NCBI GenBank assembly: GCA_049426205.1
Contig: JBMSXZ010000001.1
Location: 1 to 56,340 of the forward strand
Direction of reading: 5' to 3'
Length of the DNA stretch: 56,340 nucleotides
Source of the DNA: Cyanobium sp.
GTDB taxonomy: Bacteria > Cyanobacteriota > Cyanobacteriia > PCC-6307 > Cyanobiaceae
Shown here: piece by piece, positions 39,001 to 48,461 of the stretch
Layout: every line of letters starts with the position of its first letter
Position numbering within the stretch: position 1 is the stretch's first letter
The notes under the pieces: generated by a model
Told to the model about the DNA's origin: nothing
Seen by the model: only the letters and a program-made list of their open reading frames with translations
Databases searched by the model: none
Translations under genes and position numbers: made by a program

Positions 39001-41478
39001 CGTTGCGCCGGAGTCTGCCGTCTGCTGGAAGGCATAAAAGGAATCAATCTCCGTAGACCCCTGGGGCAAATAGACCAGCACATCCAAGCGCTTACCAGGA
39101 GACAGTGAAACGAGATTCTCTGCCTGCAAATATTTGATGGTGAGCGTATTATTGGGATTTTGATTGGAAGGATCGGCACTTTGATTGCCAAGAGCGCCTT
39201 GGCTCGCCCAGCGAATCTGTGGGAGCTGGTGACCATCTTCACCGTAGATGTAAATAGGGAGAGCCTGGCCGTTGTTCATGAATCTAATATTATAATACAG
39301 GCTATTGGTGAAATTGCTCAGCGAGAACGACTGCCAGCCGCCGGCTCCTGCATCCACATTCGGCTGAAATTCGCCATTCACTGTCGTCATCACCATCTGG
39401 TTAACCGGCTGACCATTGTCATAGCCGGCAAGAACAACATCACCATTGCGGAATCCCAATTGAAGATTTTTCAATTGAACGAGGTTACGTGGCGTCTCGG
39501 CGAATAGGGGGATTTTCCCCAGGGTATCGCCGATTTCCATGAATCCCGCCAGCCCCCCATACAACTGGCCATTGACAGAAGGATGATAGTGTGGATGATA
39601 CCAATAGCTCCCTGAGGCCTGTTCTTGATTAAGATCCATCTCCGTCGTCCAGGATTGACCTGCGCTATATCGAGCCACGACATTGTCGCCAAAACCCTCA
39701 GGGTTGATGTGGATGCCGTGCAGGTGGAAGTTCGTTGACGTCACGCCACCCAGGCCACTGCTGGTTGTATTGCCGTAGGTGGAGATGGGGATGTAGCTGC
39801 TCTGCTGTGTTTGCTCAAGGCTGAGGCTGCCCAGTTGAATCTTGTTGGTGAAGTTCACCCTCAGCTTTTCCCCTGGACGCAGAAGCATCACAGGGCCGGG
39901 CATCGTGGTCGGCTGCCCGGGCCGTTGATAGGTGTAGAGAAGACTGGGGTACCAATACGGGGGGTTCGGAACCTTGTCTGGATTGGCAAGAGCCTCCAAA
40001 TTTTTCAGCAAGGAGGCTTCGTCCACATTGGAGACAATAATATTGTCATCCTTCAGAGGGTCATAGCCTTGCCAGACACTCACTGGATCATAGTTGCTAA
40101 GTTTTCTAATTTCAGCGTAGAGAAGATCGGTGGTTGATCCCAGCTCCGAGAAATGCATATTGCTATTAGCCCCCTGATCGAAATCAAGCCCCTTGTAACC
40201 AAGTATCTGGAGATCGGTGATGCTGTTGGCGCGGGTTTTCTTGGTATAAAGGTTTATGACACCATTCAAACAGCTCGTGAAGAGACTATTAGGGTTGTTT
40301 TTATCAGTCATCTGGGGAATGAACCATTCACTCAAAAATCGGTTCATGCCCGGAATCTGCACCGGTGCCGTGGTGATGTCGAAGGCAGTCGATAGGCTGC
40401 CGAGGGTGTCATCGGCGGTAAAGGCCTGCTTGATTGGATCGTAATGAATACTGCTAGACGTGAGAACATTTGGCACTCCATTCACCATCGGGAATAGGCT
40501 GCCTAGCACATAGTTATACTGCCCTAGTTCAGGAGCTGGCTGCTGCAGTGGATTGATGACCAAGATCAAGTCATTATAGTCGCGGTCGCAGGCTGGGTCA
40601 TCAATATAGATATCCTCGAGACCATAGATTAGCTGGCTGTCGTCCTCTGGGATAAAGCTCTCGACTTGGACGGCCCCAGCTGGATTGGCAGCTGAAAAAG
40701 AGGAATAGAACTCTGTCTTATTAGCGTTGAAGAAAAGAATTCCATAGTCGGTGCCGGGGCGCAAGCTAATGTTTTGCAATGTCAACACCTGGCGATACTC
40801 AGGCATGGCACTACTTTCGAAGACCAGTTGTTCGGCCTCTGCTGCTGCCAGAGCTGCTACGGCGTAGCCGGCTTGACTGGGTGTCAGAGTTTGGCCACGG
40901 ACACTGACCTCGCCTGTGGCTGCAAGCAACGGATAAAGAGCAAACCCGTTCGAGTTCCCCCCGAGTCGCTTTACGGTGATGCTGCAGCGAGCCGTGGCCT
41001 CTGATGCCCTCAAAACACCACTGCCCTGGGCACTCAGTCGATACTCGAATCCTTCCCCGGACTTGACCCTGACGGTGTTCCCGATGGTTTCGATGCGTGG
41101 AATCGTGCTCTCGCTGGCCTTGATCAGGAGCAGGTAGCTCCCGGCAATGAGCGTCTGGCTACCTTGGGTTCCCCCCAGAGCCCTTCCCTCACTGGTAAGC
41201 CAGTTCACCTTGGCGTCGTTGGAGAGGATCATGCTGCTGGTCAGTCTGTCGGCCGATGCGGCGATGCCATCCAGCAGAAGAGGTACTGGCGTCTCCTCCG
41301 CTGCATAAGCGTGTTTGATGTAGACCGAGGGTTTACTGCTGGTTAAGCTGTCGGTTCTTGTGGTAGTAAAGCGGAGATCCCGCTGTAACACGAGCTGGTT
41401 GTTATCGCCTAGGCCAATTCCCGAGTCCCACAGGAGATTCCATAGATTAACATCAAAGAGCGGCATTTTATTGCCCAT
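36007..41478 (-). CDS. Giant multicopper oxidase (1823 aa) with DUF4114-like, FG-GAP/VCBS-like and S-layer-like domains
   Basis: All four Cu-binding motifs: HLHG, WYHPH, HPFHVH, HCHIIPHEDAGMM; GLED...DRDYND; GDLNRD / DFTGDG / GDFNLD repeats; C-terminal YW...LYGR motifs. Confidence 0.9.
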   Translation of the reverse strand: MGNKMPLFDVNLWNLLWDSGIGLGDNNQLVLQRDLRFTTTRTDSLTSSKPSVYIKHAYAAEETPVPLLLDGIAASADRLTSSMILSNDAKVNWLTSEGRALGGTQGSQTLIAGSYLLLIKASESTIPRIETIGNTVRVKSGEGFEYRLSAQGSGVLRASEATARCSITVKRLGGNSNGFALYPLLAATGEVSVRGQTLTPSQAGYAVAALAAAEAEQLVFESSAMPEYRQVLTLQNISLRPGTDYGILFFNANKTEFYSSFSAANPAGAVQVESFIPEDDSQLIYGLEDIYIDDPACDRDYNDLILVINPLQQPAPELGQYNYVLGSLFPMVNGVPNVLTSSSIHYDPIKQAFTADDTLGSLSTAFDITTAPVQIPGMNRFLSEWFIPQMTDKNNPNSLFTSCLNGVINLYTKKTRANSITDLQILGYKGLDFDQGANSNMHFSELGSTTDLLYAEIRKLSNYDPVSVWQGYDPLKDDNIIVSNVDEASLLKNLEALANPDKVPNPPYWYPSLLYTYQRPGQPTTMPGPVMLLRPGEKLRVNFTNKIQLGSLSLEQTQQSSYIPISTYGNTTSSGLGGVTSTNFHLHGIHINPEGFGDNVVARYSAGQSWTTEMDLNQEQASGSYWYHPHYHPSVNGQLYGGLAGFMEIGDTLGKIPLFAETPRNLVQLKNLQLGFRNGDVVLAGYDNGQPVNQMVMTTVNGEFQPNVDAGAGGWQSFSLSNFTNSLYYNIRFMNNGQALPIYIYGEDGHQLPQIRWASQGALGNQSADPSNQNPNNTLTIKYLQAENLVSLSPGKRLDVLVYLPQGSTEIDSFYAFQQTADSGATVTDFNILNMGSYPDLASTNTLINPSDPYDLGSLGPGQLATLNVNQSVPTLSKAQQDAVIQEANAGIKVQTVLPTTLPGDLDPQAVPSIDLFAQTPDGQDIWKATRQREFNWTRGTLVGPKQDYDAATQQELARIEALPEFKGIDYHYKRYRPLPIQGLLNGLGTSAFKAAPTSWLGYDNPFLINDHVFPNGNLTIAQVGTVEQWTNVNWSVAAAGIGKKASQSNQYIGHPFHVHINDFQVKNSDSELMNKRNLEDVTMINSSGYKYYNINADPASGKPIGIVEKQPLEGELHTIEEALKPETVRELATYGANTQTVKMLFQDYLGAYVFHCHIIPHEDAGMMQAVMVIDNTKWSWLLAAEGVPVERRRSATSDGNATASLEQRFELQLASNMARYGVRVETNDNVYLERFQVGDLNRDFVQDLLVASSGDGAVRVIDGRRLLDTGETQVRGTFIPYEGVSQAPWAFVDDFTGDGSKDILTGGFVPGAGVTRPAGLVNVHDFTIKGWTRSGSGDAWEEEFALNPWEFIPHHGSPDHGGMDHGSGTPVYSPLANLSSDLTSFSVGDFNLDNFPDYALAYAIDGGLRITIIDGAALSLALQTGRFEGGYDPSKALLADALLIDDSLKSVNHVVLTNGFNGYAQSAIENLLVTAQTSSGTKLFSLALDAGHFIATSEPVAAGTHQHGSGLMHPLDDQHVINLDATNYPLHLQAIDQLADDVTAATPVFNGARANGGLLAGERLLIAQGNGANGTASSSDQLINTAQQLVINFKQINTVDDQDLEGITTSTAATTFSPSQVEARNNLANLVYTAYCGGIVTPGVGAYWAADSLGQGDSAGLMVQQFVADPITNLLVQDHFRGPLESQSVSSIVEITSMTLYGRPATAAETAQAELAVAQGLSKTELPLYLLQSTKAVDRYRLGLLSAYSQWSNAQWGTDANVVGSFGQGLQSAQPDFQQLQNAVFQSGVIDSWQEAQRLFDGFKTASTQLLCGTPISPSGVF

Positions 41479-41616
41479 TCTCAGCTTAGGCTTGGCCGCT
41501 CGATATTACAGGGGGAAGTGGCTGCTGTTGCCATTGTGGCGATTGTTAGCGATGCCGAGCTCAACGCCGGTGACAGGCGTCCACCACGGTTGCGCTCCTG
41601 GGCCGGCCCTGAGGGG

Positions 41617-41760
41617 CAGGGCTGCCCGAAAGCTGCTCTCCTGAGCTCGCAAGGCTCAGGTTCGGCTGCGTTCGCAGACGATCGCGCAGAGACTTAGCTG
41701 AGTCCTGGCGGTGGCGATGCCGTGAGGCCAGGCCCTGGGGAGGACTTTGAGGCAACCCTG
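41617..41760. mobile_element. 144-bp ISAs1-type MITE (internally deleted copy)
   Basis: Ends CAGGGCTGCCCGAAAG and CTTTGAGGCAACCCTG; no transposase. Confidence 0.75.
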
Positions 41761-41899
41761 CACATCAGGGTCGCCACGATCCTGGACCAGCTGGCCGCCG
41801 GCGCCAGTGGGGAGTGCCAGGGCGCCTTACGTTTTTGCAGTTGTGCCAGCAGCGGCAGGCGCTGGAGGTTGGTGCGGTCTGATGGTCGCCCTGCACCGC

Positions 41900-42165
41900 A
41901 TGCTCCCCTGGCGACTCGCCGCCGTCACCTTGGCGGCAGTCGTAGTAACGGCTCCATTGCTGGTGCGACATCTGGTTGATGGCTTCGATGAGCGGCCCGA
42001 GCCCGCCTGGGATCGCAGGCTGAATCCGATCGAGGCCGCTCTGCTGCGCTGGATTGGGGATGCCGGCCGGAGTGCAGAATCTGCCGCCGGTTCGCTGGTG
42101 CCGCTGCTGATCAGCAATGCGTTGATCGCCCTGCCGGCCCTGGCGCTGCTGCTGGTCCATCAGTG
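41900..42165 (+). pseudogene. N-terminal remnant resembling KdpA (K+-transporting ATPase A subunit)
   Basis: TLAAVVVTAPLLVRHL...DRRLNPIEAALLRWIG...LLISNALIA...HQ resembles the first ~85 aa of KdpA, then similarity stops. Confidence 0.5.
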
Positions 42166-42646
42166 TGGGGCGGCCACGCTGCTGATCCGCAACCAGGAAC
42201 GGGACGTTCAGCGCGCCTGTGCAGGCTGCAGGGATGGATGTGCCGCCTGGCTGATGGAGGGCTTCTGCCATGCGTGGTGCCTGCGGCGCTGGAGAGATGG
42301 AGAGCCACAGGAATCCCCCCGCAGCAGAGCGACGGAAAACCAGCCTGCGATTGGCAGGGCCCCGCAAGCTTGGTCGCTCTTGGTCCTGGAGCGCCGAAAC
42401 AAGCTGTTCAGAGGGAGGAGATGGGACATAAAGGGGTGGTAAGCTCAAGTTGATGGCTGGTTTCTTGGGTTCCGCAGTGGGTCCTCGGGACTACACACCC
42501 CGAAATGCTCGATGTTATATGAACTTTTCTGATGAACGAGGGCCGCTTCACGCATTCATGCACGGTCAAGTGATGCCAGGAAACGTCCATCCAGCAGCCT
42601 TCATCACCGCTGCGCCAGCGAGCCAGCGAGCCGCCATCATTGGCCC

Positions 42647-43252
42647 ATGACCGATCTTGCCGCCGTCACCATTGATCCTACGGCGATCGTGGACGAAGGG
42701 GCCGTGATTGGCGCCGGAACCCGGATCTGGCACTGGGTGCATGTTTGCTCCGGGGCCGTCATCGGTGAGCGCTGCTCACTTGGCCAGAATGTCTTCGTCG
42801 GCAATCGCGTCCAGATCGGCTCTAACGTCAAGATTCAGAATAACGTTTCTGTGTATGATAACGTGACCCTTGAAGATGGGGTTTTTTGTGGACCCAGCAT
42901 GGTGTTTACGAATGTGATCAACCCCCGTTCGGAAGTGAGTCGAAAGCATGAGTTTCAAGCCACGCTGGTGCGCCGTGGGGCGACCCTGGGAGCGAACAGT
43001 ACGATTGTGTGCGGCAGCGTGATCGGGGCCTACGCCTTCATCGGTGCCGGAGCGGTGGTCACCGGCGATGTCAGACCCTTTGCCCTGATGGTGGGCGTGC
43101 CTGCTCGGCAGATGGGCTGGATGAGTGCCCACGGAGAGCGGGTGCCGTTGCCGCTGCAGGGAGAAGGCGAGTGGATCTGCCCTCACAGCCAGGATGTGTA
43201 CCAGTTGACTGGTAATCAGTTGATCCGCATTCCCAGCGGCTCCGCGTGCTGA
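42647..43252 (+). CDS. wbpD: WbpD/WlbB-type N-acetyltransferase (left-handed beta helix)
   Basis: [55 protein letters not shown]. Confidence 0.88.
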   Translation: MTDLAAVTIDPTAIVDEGAVIGAGTRIWHWVHVCSGAVIGERCSLGQNVFVGNRVQIGSNVKIQNNVSVYDNVTLEDGVFCGPSMVFTNVINPRSEVSRKHEFQATLVRRGATLGANSTIVCGSVIGAYAFIGAGAVVTGDVRPFALMVGVPARQMGWMSAHGERVPLPLQGEGEWICPHSQDVYQLTGNQLIRIPSGSAC

Positions 43253-43254
43253 TG

Positions 43255-44571
43255 GATCCCATGGATGCACGCACTGCATTGTTGCAGCGACTGCGAAGTC
43301 GAGAGGCACTGATCGCTGTGGTTGGGCTGGGATATGTGGGGCTTCCCCTCTCACTCACCCTTGTGGAGAGTGGTTTCAAAGTGCTGGGTCTGGACATTGA
43401 TCCGGACAAGGTCAAAGCGCTGCAGATGGGGCGCAGTTACATTGAGCACATCGATGTTCAGCGCGTCGCCAGCGCCTGCTCGGCGGGACGGCTGGAAGCC
43501 AGCCTCGATTTTCAACGCGCAACAGAGGCCGATGCCCTGATTTTATGTGTGCCCACTCCCCTGGGCCCACATCGCGAGCCCGATCTGGGCTTCATCCGCG
43601 GTGCGCTGGAGGCGTTGCTCCCCCACCTGCGTCCGGGCCAGTTGATCAGCCTGGAGAGCACCACGTACCCGGGCACCACGGAAGAGGAGTTGCGTCCTCG
43701 GATTGAGGCCCGCGGTCTGCGGGTGGGCGTTGATGTGTTTCTGGTGTATTCACCCGAGCGGGAAGATCCCGGCAATACCCGTTTCAGCACGGCCACCATT
43801 CCCAAGGTGATCGGGGGAAGCACGGCCGCCTGCCTGGAGATCGGAGTGGCGCTCTACGAACAGGCCATCCGCACGGTGGTGCCGGTGAGCAACACCAGTA
43901 CCGCCGAATTCACCAAGTTGCTTGAGAATATTCATCGGGCCGTCAACATCGGCTTGATGAATGAGCTCAAGCCACTGGCGGATCGCATGCACATCGATCT
44001 CTATGAGGTGATCAGGGCGGCAGCAACCAAGCCGTTCGGTTTTGTGCCCTATTACCCAGGACCTGGCCTGGGGGGGCACTGTGTGCCGATTGATCCCTTT
44101 TATCTCACCTGGAAAGCCCGCGAGTACGGAATGCACACGCGATTCATTGAGCTCGCTGGTGAGATCAATGCGGCCATGCCCGCCTATGTCGTGCAAAAGA
44201 CGATGGATGCCTTGAATGAGAGATCCAAGCCGCTCAAAGGCAGCCGGGTCCTGGTGTTGGGAATTGCCTATAAAAAGAATGTTGATGATACGCGCGAATC
44301 ACCTTCTGTGCAGATCATCAAGCTCCTCCTGGCCAAGGGAGCTTTGGTCGACTACAGCGATCCATTCTTTCCTGAGTTCCCACCGATGCGTGAGCATTCC
44401 TTTTCCCTGCGCAGCCTGCCTCTGAATCAGCCAACCCTGGCAAGCTTTGATGCGGTGCTGCTCTGCACTGACCACGATCGCTTTGATTATGAGTTGATAC
44501 TCAGAGCCTCGTCCCTGCTGATCGACACGCGCGGGCGTTATCCGGTGGAGAGTGGAGTAATCCGAGCCTGA
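43255..44571 (+). CDS. wbpA: UDP-N-acetylglucosamine 6-dehydrogenase (WbpA type)
   Basis: [53 protein letters not shown]; start approximate. Confidence 0.88.
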   Translation, partial: DPMDARTALLQRLRSREALIAVVGLGYVGLPLSLTLVESGFKVLGLDIDPDKVKALQMGRSYIEHIDVQRVASACSAGRLEASLDFQRATEADALILCVPTPLGPHREPDLGFIRGALEALLPHLRPGQLISLESTTYPGTTEEELRPRIEARGLRVGVDVFLVYSPEREDPGNTRFSTATIPKVIGGSTAACLEIGVALYEQAIRTVVPVSNTSTAEFTKLLENIHRAVNIGLMNELKPLADRMHIDLYEVIRAAATKPFGFVPYYPGPGLGGHCVPIDPFYLTWKAREYGMHTRFIELAGEINAAMPAYVVQKTMDALNERSKPLKGSRVLVLGIAYKKNVDDTRESPSVQIIKLLLAKGALVDYSDPFFPEFPPMREHSFSLRSLPLNQPTLASFDAVLLCTDHDRFDYELILRASSLLIDTRGRYPVESGVIRA

Positions 44572-45692
44572 TGCAGTTGATCACCGTGGTGGGTGCACGC
44601 CCCCAATTCATCAAGGCGGCGGTTGTGAGCCGTGCCATCTGGGCCACGCTTGGCAGCAAGCAGCCCATTCACGAGCGCATTCTGCACACTGGTCAGCACT
44701 ACGATGTGGCGATGTCGGCGCGGTTCTTCACCGATCTAGGCCTTGCTGAACCCGCCTTTCATCTCGGTATCGGCGGTGGTCACCACGGTGCAACAACAGG
44801 CCGGATGCTGGAGGCGATCGAAGCCGTCCTGCTCAGCGAGCGGCCCGATGCCGTGTTGGTCTATGGCGATACCAACTCCACGCTCGCCGGAGCACTGGCG
44901 ACCAGCAAGCTCAGGATTCCCCTGTTGCACGTGGAAGCGGGGTTGCGGTCCTTCAACCGCCAGCAGCCCGAAGAGCAGAACCGGGTGCTCACGGATCATC
45001 TGGCCGACGTCTGCTTTGCCCCCACCGATCGCGCTGCGGCCAACCTGAAGCACGAAGGGATTGCCGCTGAGCGCATCATTCGAACCGGTGATGTGATGGC
45101 TGATGCGGCACGGCTTTATGGCCAGGAGGCCGAAACCAGGGCGGCCGAATTGTTGGCCCCCCTCGATCTTCCAGATGCTCCGTTCATCCTCGCCACCCTG
45201 CACCGCGCCGAGAACACCGACGACCCCCAGCGCTTGAGCGCTGTGCTGACGGCGCTGGTGGAGGCTCCCCTGCCCGTGCTGCTGCCCCTGCACCCCCGCA
45301 CCAGGGCGTCGATTCGCCAGCATGGCCTGGAGCCGTTGTTGGCCCGACTGCAAATTCTGGAGCCCCTTGGTTTTCTGACAATGGTGCTGCTGGAGCGACG
45401 TGCTGCCCTGGTGGTCACCGACTCCGGCGGGGTCCAGAAGGAAGCGTTTCTGCAGGGGACGCCGTGCGTCACGGTGCGTCGCGAAACCGAGTGGGTGGAA
45501 TTGCTTGCTTGCGGTTGGAACCAGCTGGCCGACCCGGCAGATTGCGAGGCCATGCTCTCGGCCATGGACGATCAACTGGGATTGGATCGCCATCGGGAAC
45601 GTCCGGCGCTGTATGGCGATGGCCATGCAGCCGAGTCGATTGTCACCTGGATCCAGAAGGAGCAGGCTCGGGTTGTGGGGGGCCTGTCCTGA
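44571..45692 (+). CDS. wbpI: UDP-GlcNAc / UDP-GlcNAc3NAcA 2-epimerase, non-hydrolysing (WbpI/WecB)
   Basis: VGARPQFIK, HTGQHYD, YGDTNSTLAG, HVEAGLRS, TDSGGVQKEA. Confidence 0.85.
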   Translation: MQLITVVGARPQFIKAAVVSRAIWATLGSKQPIHERILHTGQHYDVAMSARFFTDLGLAEPAFHLGIGGGHHGATTGRMLEAIEAVLLSERPDAVLVYGDTNSTLAGALATSKLRIPLLHVEAGLRSFNRQQPEEQNRVLTDHLADVCFAPTDRAAANLKHEGIAAERIIRTGDVMADAARLYGQEAETRAAELLAPLDLPDAPFILATLHRAENTDDPQRLSAVLTALVEAPLPVLLPLHPRTRASIRQHGLEPLLARLQILEPLGFLTMVLLERRAALVVTDSGGVQKEAFLQGTPCVTVRRETEWVELLACGWNQLADPADCEAMLSAMDDQLGLDRHRERPALYGDGHAAESIVTWIQKEQARVVGGLS

Positions 45693-45731
45693 AGCGCTCC
45701 CAACACCCTGGTCCGTCGTCCAGCTGTCCCC

Positions 45732-46847
45732 ATGATCTCGAAACCCGTGGTGCCGATCAGCGACCGCCGCATTCGCATGGCGTTGGTGGGCTGTGGCCGG
45801 ATCAGTGCCAACCACATCAAGGCCATTGCCCTGCATCACGATCGGGCCGAGCTGGTGGCCATCTGCGATCCCCAGCCTGAACGGCTGGACCAGGCGGACA
45901 TGGAGATCCGCCAGGCCACGGCCAATGCAGCGGGAATCGCTGCCGCTCCAGCCCGCTTCCCCAGCTTCAGCGAGCTGCTCGAGGCGGTAGAGGCCGGAGA
46001 CCTGGCCGTCGACCTTGTGGTGCTGGCCACCCCCAGCGGACTGCATCCCAGCCAGACGATCGCGGCAGCGGCTGCCGGGCTGCATGTCTGCACGGAAAAA
46101 CCGATGGCTACACGCTGGGACGAGGGTCGGGCGATGGTGCAGGCCTGTGATCAGGCCGGGGTGCGACTGTTTGTGGTGAAGCAGAATCGCTTCAACAGCA
46201 CCCTGCAGCTGGTGCGACGGCAGCTCCAGGCCCAGCGTTTCGGGCGCCTGGCGATGGTCACGGTCACGGTGTTCTGGCAGCGCCCGCAGAGCTATTACGA
46301 CCAGGACGCCTGGCGCGGCACCTGGGAATTCGATGGCGGTGCCCTGATGAACCAGGCGAGTCACTACGTGGATCTGCTCGATTGGCTGGTGGGTCCGGTG
46401 GACAGTGTCAGCGCTTCGATCGCGACGATCGGCCGCTCGATCGAGGTGGAAGACACGGCAGCCATGCAACTCCGCTGGCGCTGTGGTGCCCTCGGCACCA
46501 TGGCGGTGACGATGTTGACCTATCCCAAAAACCTGGAGGGATCGATCACCCTGCTGGGTGAGACCGGCACGGTCCGGATCGGCGGACCGGCTGTGAACCG
46601 GATCGAGCAATGGGCCTTTGCCGATGTCAGCCCCGATGATGATCTTGTCGACAACGCCAGTTACCAGACCACCAGCGCCTATGGCTTCGGCCACCCGCCC
46701 TATTACGCCAACATGATCGATACCCTGCAGGGCAACGCTGAGGCCATGTGCGACGGACATGCTGGATTACGCAGCCTGGAGCTGCTGATCGCCGCCTACC
46801 GGTCGGCCAGCGATGACCGTAGGGTTCATCTCCCGCTGGAGCACTGA
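45732..46847 (+). CDS. wbpB: Gfo/Idh/MocA oxidoreductase, WlbA/WbpB-type UDP-GlcNAcA 3-dehydrogenase
   Basis: GCGRIS, TPSGLH, EKPMA, VKQNR, WRGTWEFDGGALMNQASH, YPKNLEGS. Confidence 0.85.
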   Translation: MISKPVVPISDRRIRMALVGCGRISANHIKAIALHHDRAELVAICDPQPERLDQADMEIRQATANAAGIAAAPARFPSFSELLEAVEAGDLAVDLVVLATPSGLHPSQTIAAAAAGLHVCTEKPMATRWDEGRAMVQACDQAGVRLFVVKQNRFNSTLQLVRRQLQAQRFGRLAMVTVTVFWQRPQSYYDQDAWRGTWEFDGGALMNQASHYVDLLDWLVGPVDSVSASIATIGRSIEVEDTAAMQLRWRCGALGTMAVTMLTYPKNLEGSITLLGETGTVRIGGPAVNRIEQWAFADVSPDDDLVDNASYQTTSAYGFGHPPYYANMIDTLQGNAEAMCDGHAGLRSLELLIAAYRSASDDRRVHLPLEH

Positions 46848-47218
46848 GTTTGATTCGGGAAGCAAGGTCGCAACGCGGAAGGATGCTCGTTCCGATCGCA
46901 GAGCGACTGATTGCCATGGGCTGGGCCGCTGGACAGCTGGGCAGCACCAATCGATGATTGCACCTGAAGCGCGATCAGCAGCGCACCCGAACCGTTTTCA
47001 AACGGGTGAGCATGTCAGTTGAGCCAACGAAGCGACTGGCTGGTGGGGCTCGGACTTGAGCTGCCATGGCCCGTGCCATGCTGTTGCGATTGGTGCACGC
47101 TTCCACGATCTCGACCGATGGCCTGTCGGGAGCAGCTTGGTCAGGTAGTGTGATGATCGAGTTGAACGTGTTGATGGCTGGCATCGACGTTTCAGGGCAG
47201 GCGAGGCGAGTAGTCGAC

Positions 47219-48334
47219 ATGAAGATTGCCCATCTCACCACGGTGCATCCGCGCTATGACACGCGCATTTTCCAGAAGATGTGCTGCTCCCTGGCAGAAA
47301 CGGGTCATGCTGTCACCCTTTATGTGGCCGATGGTTTGGGAGACGAATGGAGCAAGGGGGTGCAGATTGTGGACATTGGCAAGCCGCGGAATCGAGCTCT
47401 GCGCGCTTGCCTCGCGACGGCCCAGATGTGGTTAAGAGCATTTCGATCAGACCATCAGATCCTCCACTTCCATGATCCGGAGCTGATTCCTGGAGGCCTG
47501 CTGATGCGTCTTGGCAGGCCGATCATTATTTACGATATCCACGAGTATTACCGAAAGCATCTGCGGCAGACCGCCTCTCTGCCAACGTTCCTATCGGCAC
47601 TCCTGGTGTTGCTCTATGACCTGATGGAACGCTGTGCATCTGCATGTCTGCAGGCGTGCATCGTCGTCTCTCCTCATATGCTGAAGGTGCTGCCCTTGCG
47701 CAACGCTTTCATCATCGAAAATCATGTGCGTTCTGAGGAGTTTCGGCCTGGCTCTGCTCCCCCATCCGCAAGACCGTTGCTGGCCTGCTATGTGGGTGTG
47801 TTGTCAAAAGAGAGGCACGTTCAGATCATGATTGAGGCTGTCGCCAGGGCCGGAGCGCGCCTCGCCTTGGCTGGCCGGTGGTACCCGCCCTCCTACCGGG
47901 ATCGGCTCAGCACCGGGGCATCGTGGCAAAATGTTGATGAATGGGGATTGCTAGACCGAGGCCAGGTCCAGACCCTCTTTGATCAATCTCGGGCTGGTTT
48001 GCTGATTCTCGATGTGCATGGAGATGAACAGCATGCCAGCAGCAACAAGCTCTTTGAATACATGGCAGCCGGACTCCCTGTGATCGCCTCGGATCTTCAT
48101 TTCACACGTGAAGTCATTCGTCGACATCAGTGTGGCTTGTTGGTGTCGTCTCCCACGAGCGCTTCCGCACTGGCCGCAGCGATCAAGTGGATCCTTGATC
48201 ATCCCGCCGAAGCCGAACAAATGGGCCGGGCGGGTCGTCGCGCCGTTGAACAGCACTATTCATGGGATCGCATGCAGGAACGGCTGGTGCAGCTCTACGC
48301 AGATCTGCTCCAAAGGGCAGGACAGCGGACCTGA
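47219..48334 (+). CDS. Glycosyltransferase family 4
   Basis: MKIAHLTTVHPRYDTRIF, HFHDPEL, YDIHE, NKLFEYMAAGLPVIASD. Confidence 0.9.
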   Translation: MKIAHLTTVHPRYDTRIFQKMCCSLAETGHAVTLYVADGLGDEWSKGVQIVDIGKPRNRALRACLATAQMWLRAFRSDHQILHFHDPELIPGGLLMRLGRPIIIYDIHEYYRKHLRQTASLPTFLSALLVLLYDLMERCASACLQACIVVSPHMLKVLPLRNAFIIENHVRSEEFRPGSAPPSARPLLACYVGVLSKERHVQIMIEAVARAGARLALAGRWYPPSYRDRLSTGASWQNVDEWGLLDRGQVQTLFDQSRAGLLILDVHGDEQHASSNKLFEYMAAGLPVIASDLHFTREVIRRHQCGLLVSSPTSASALAAAIKWILDHPAEAEQMGRAGRRAVEQHYSWDRMQERLVQLYADLLQRAGQRT

Positions 48335-48461
48335 TCAGCAGCTGGCACGCCGGTGCACCGCCTGCAACGGTTCCAGGCGGCCCAGGGCACGAACGCCTCC
48401 TCCCCCAGAACACGCTCGTCAATCCCGAAGGAGGCGACCGGCATGGAGAGGCTCGGGTTGA

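Larger units (their letters stand above)
34521..41760. mobile_element. ISAs1-derived composite transposon carrying a multicopper oxidase
   Basis: Outer ends CAGGGCTGCC (34521) and GGCAACCCTG (41760); flanks CACATCAGGT (34511-34520) and CACATCAGGG (41761-41770). Confidence 0.8.
34490..41850 (+). pseudogene. DUF433-like gene split by the composite element (5' part ~34490-34520, 3' part 41761-~41850)
   Basis: Left flank reads RPCIRGLHIR, right flank reads (HIR)VATILDQLAAGAS; joined they give RPCIRGLHIRVATILDQLAAGAS, resembling the DUF433 core; both ends look eroded. Confidence 0.7.
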
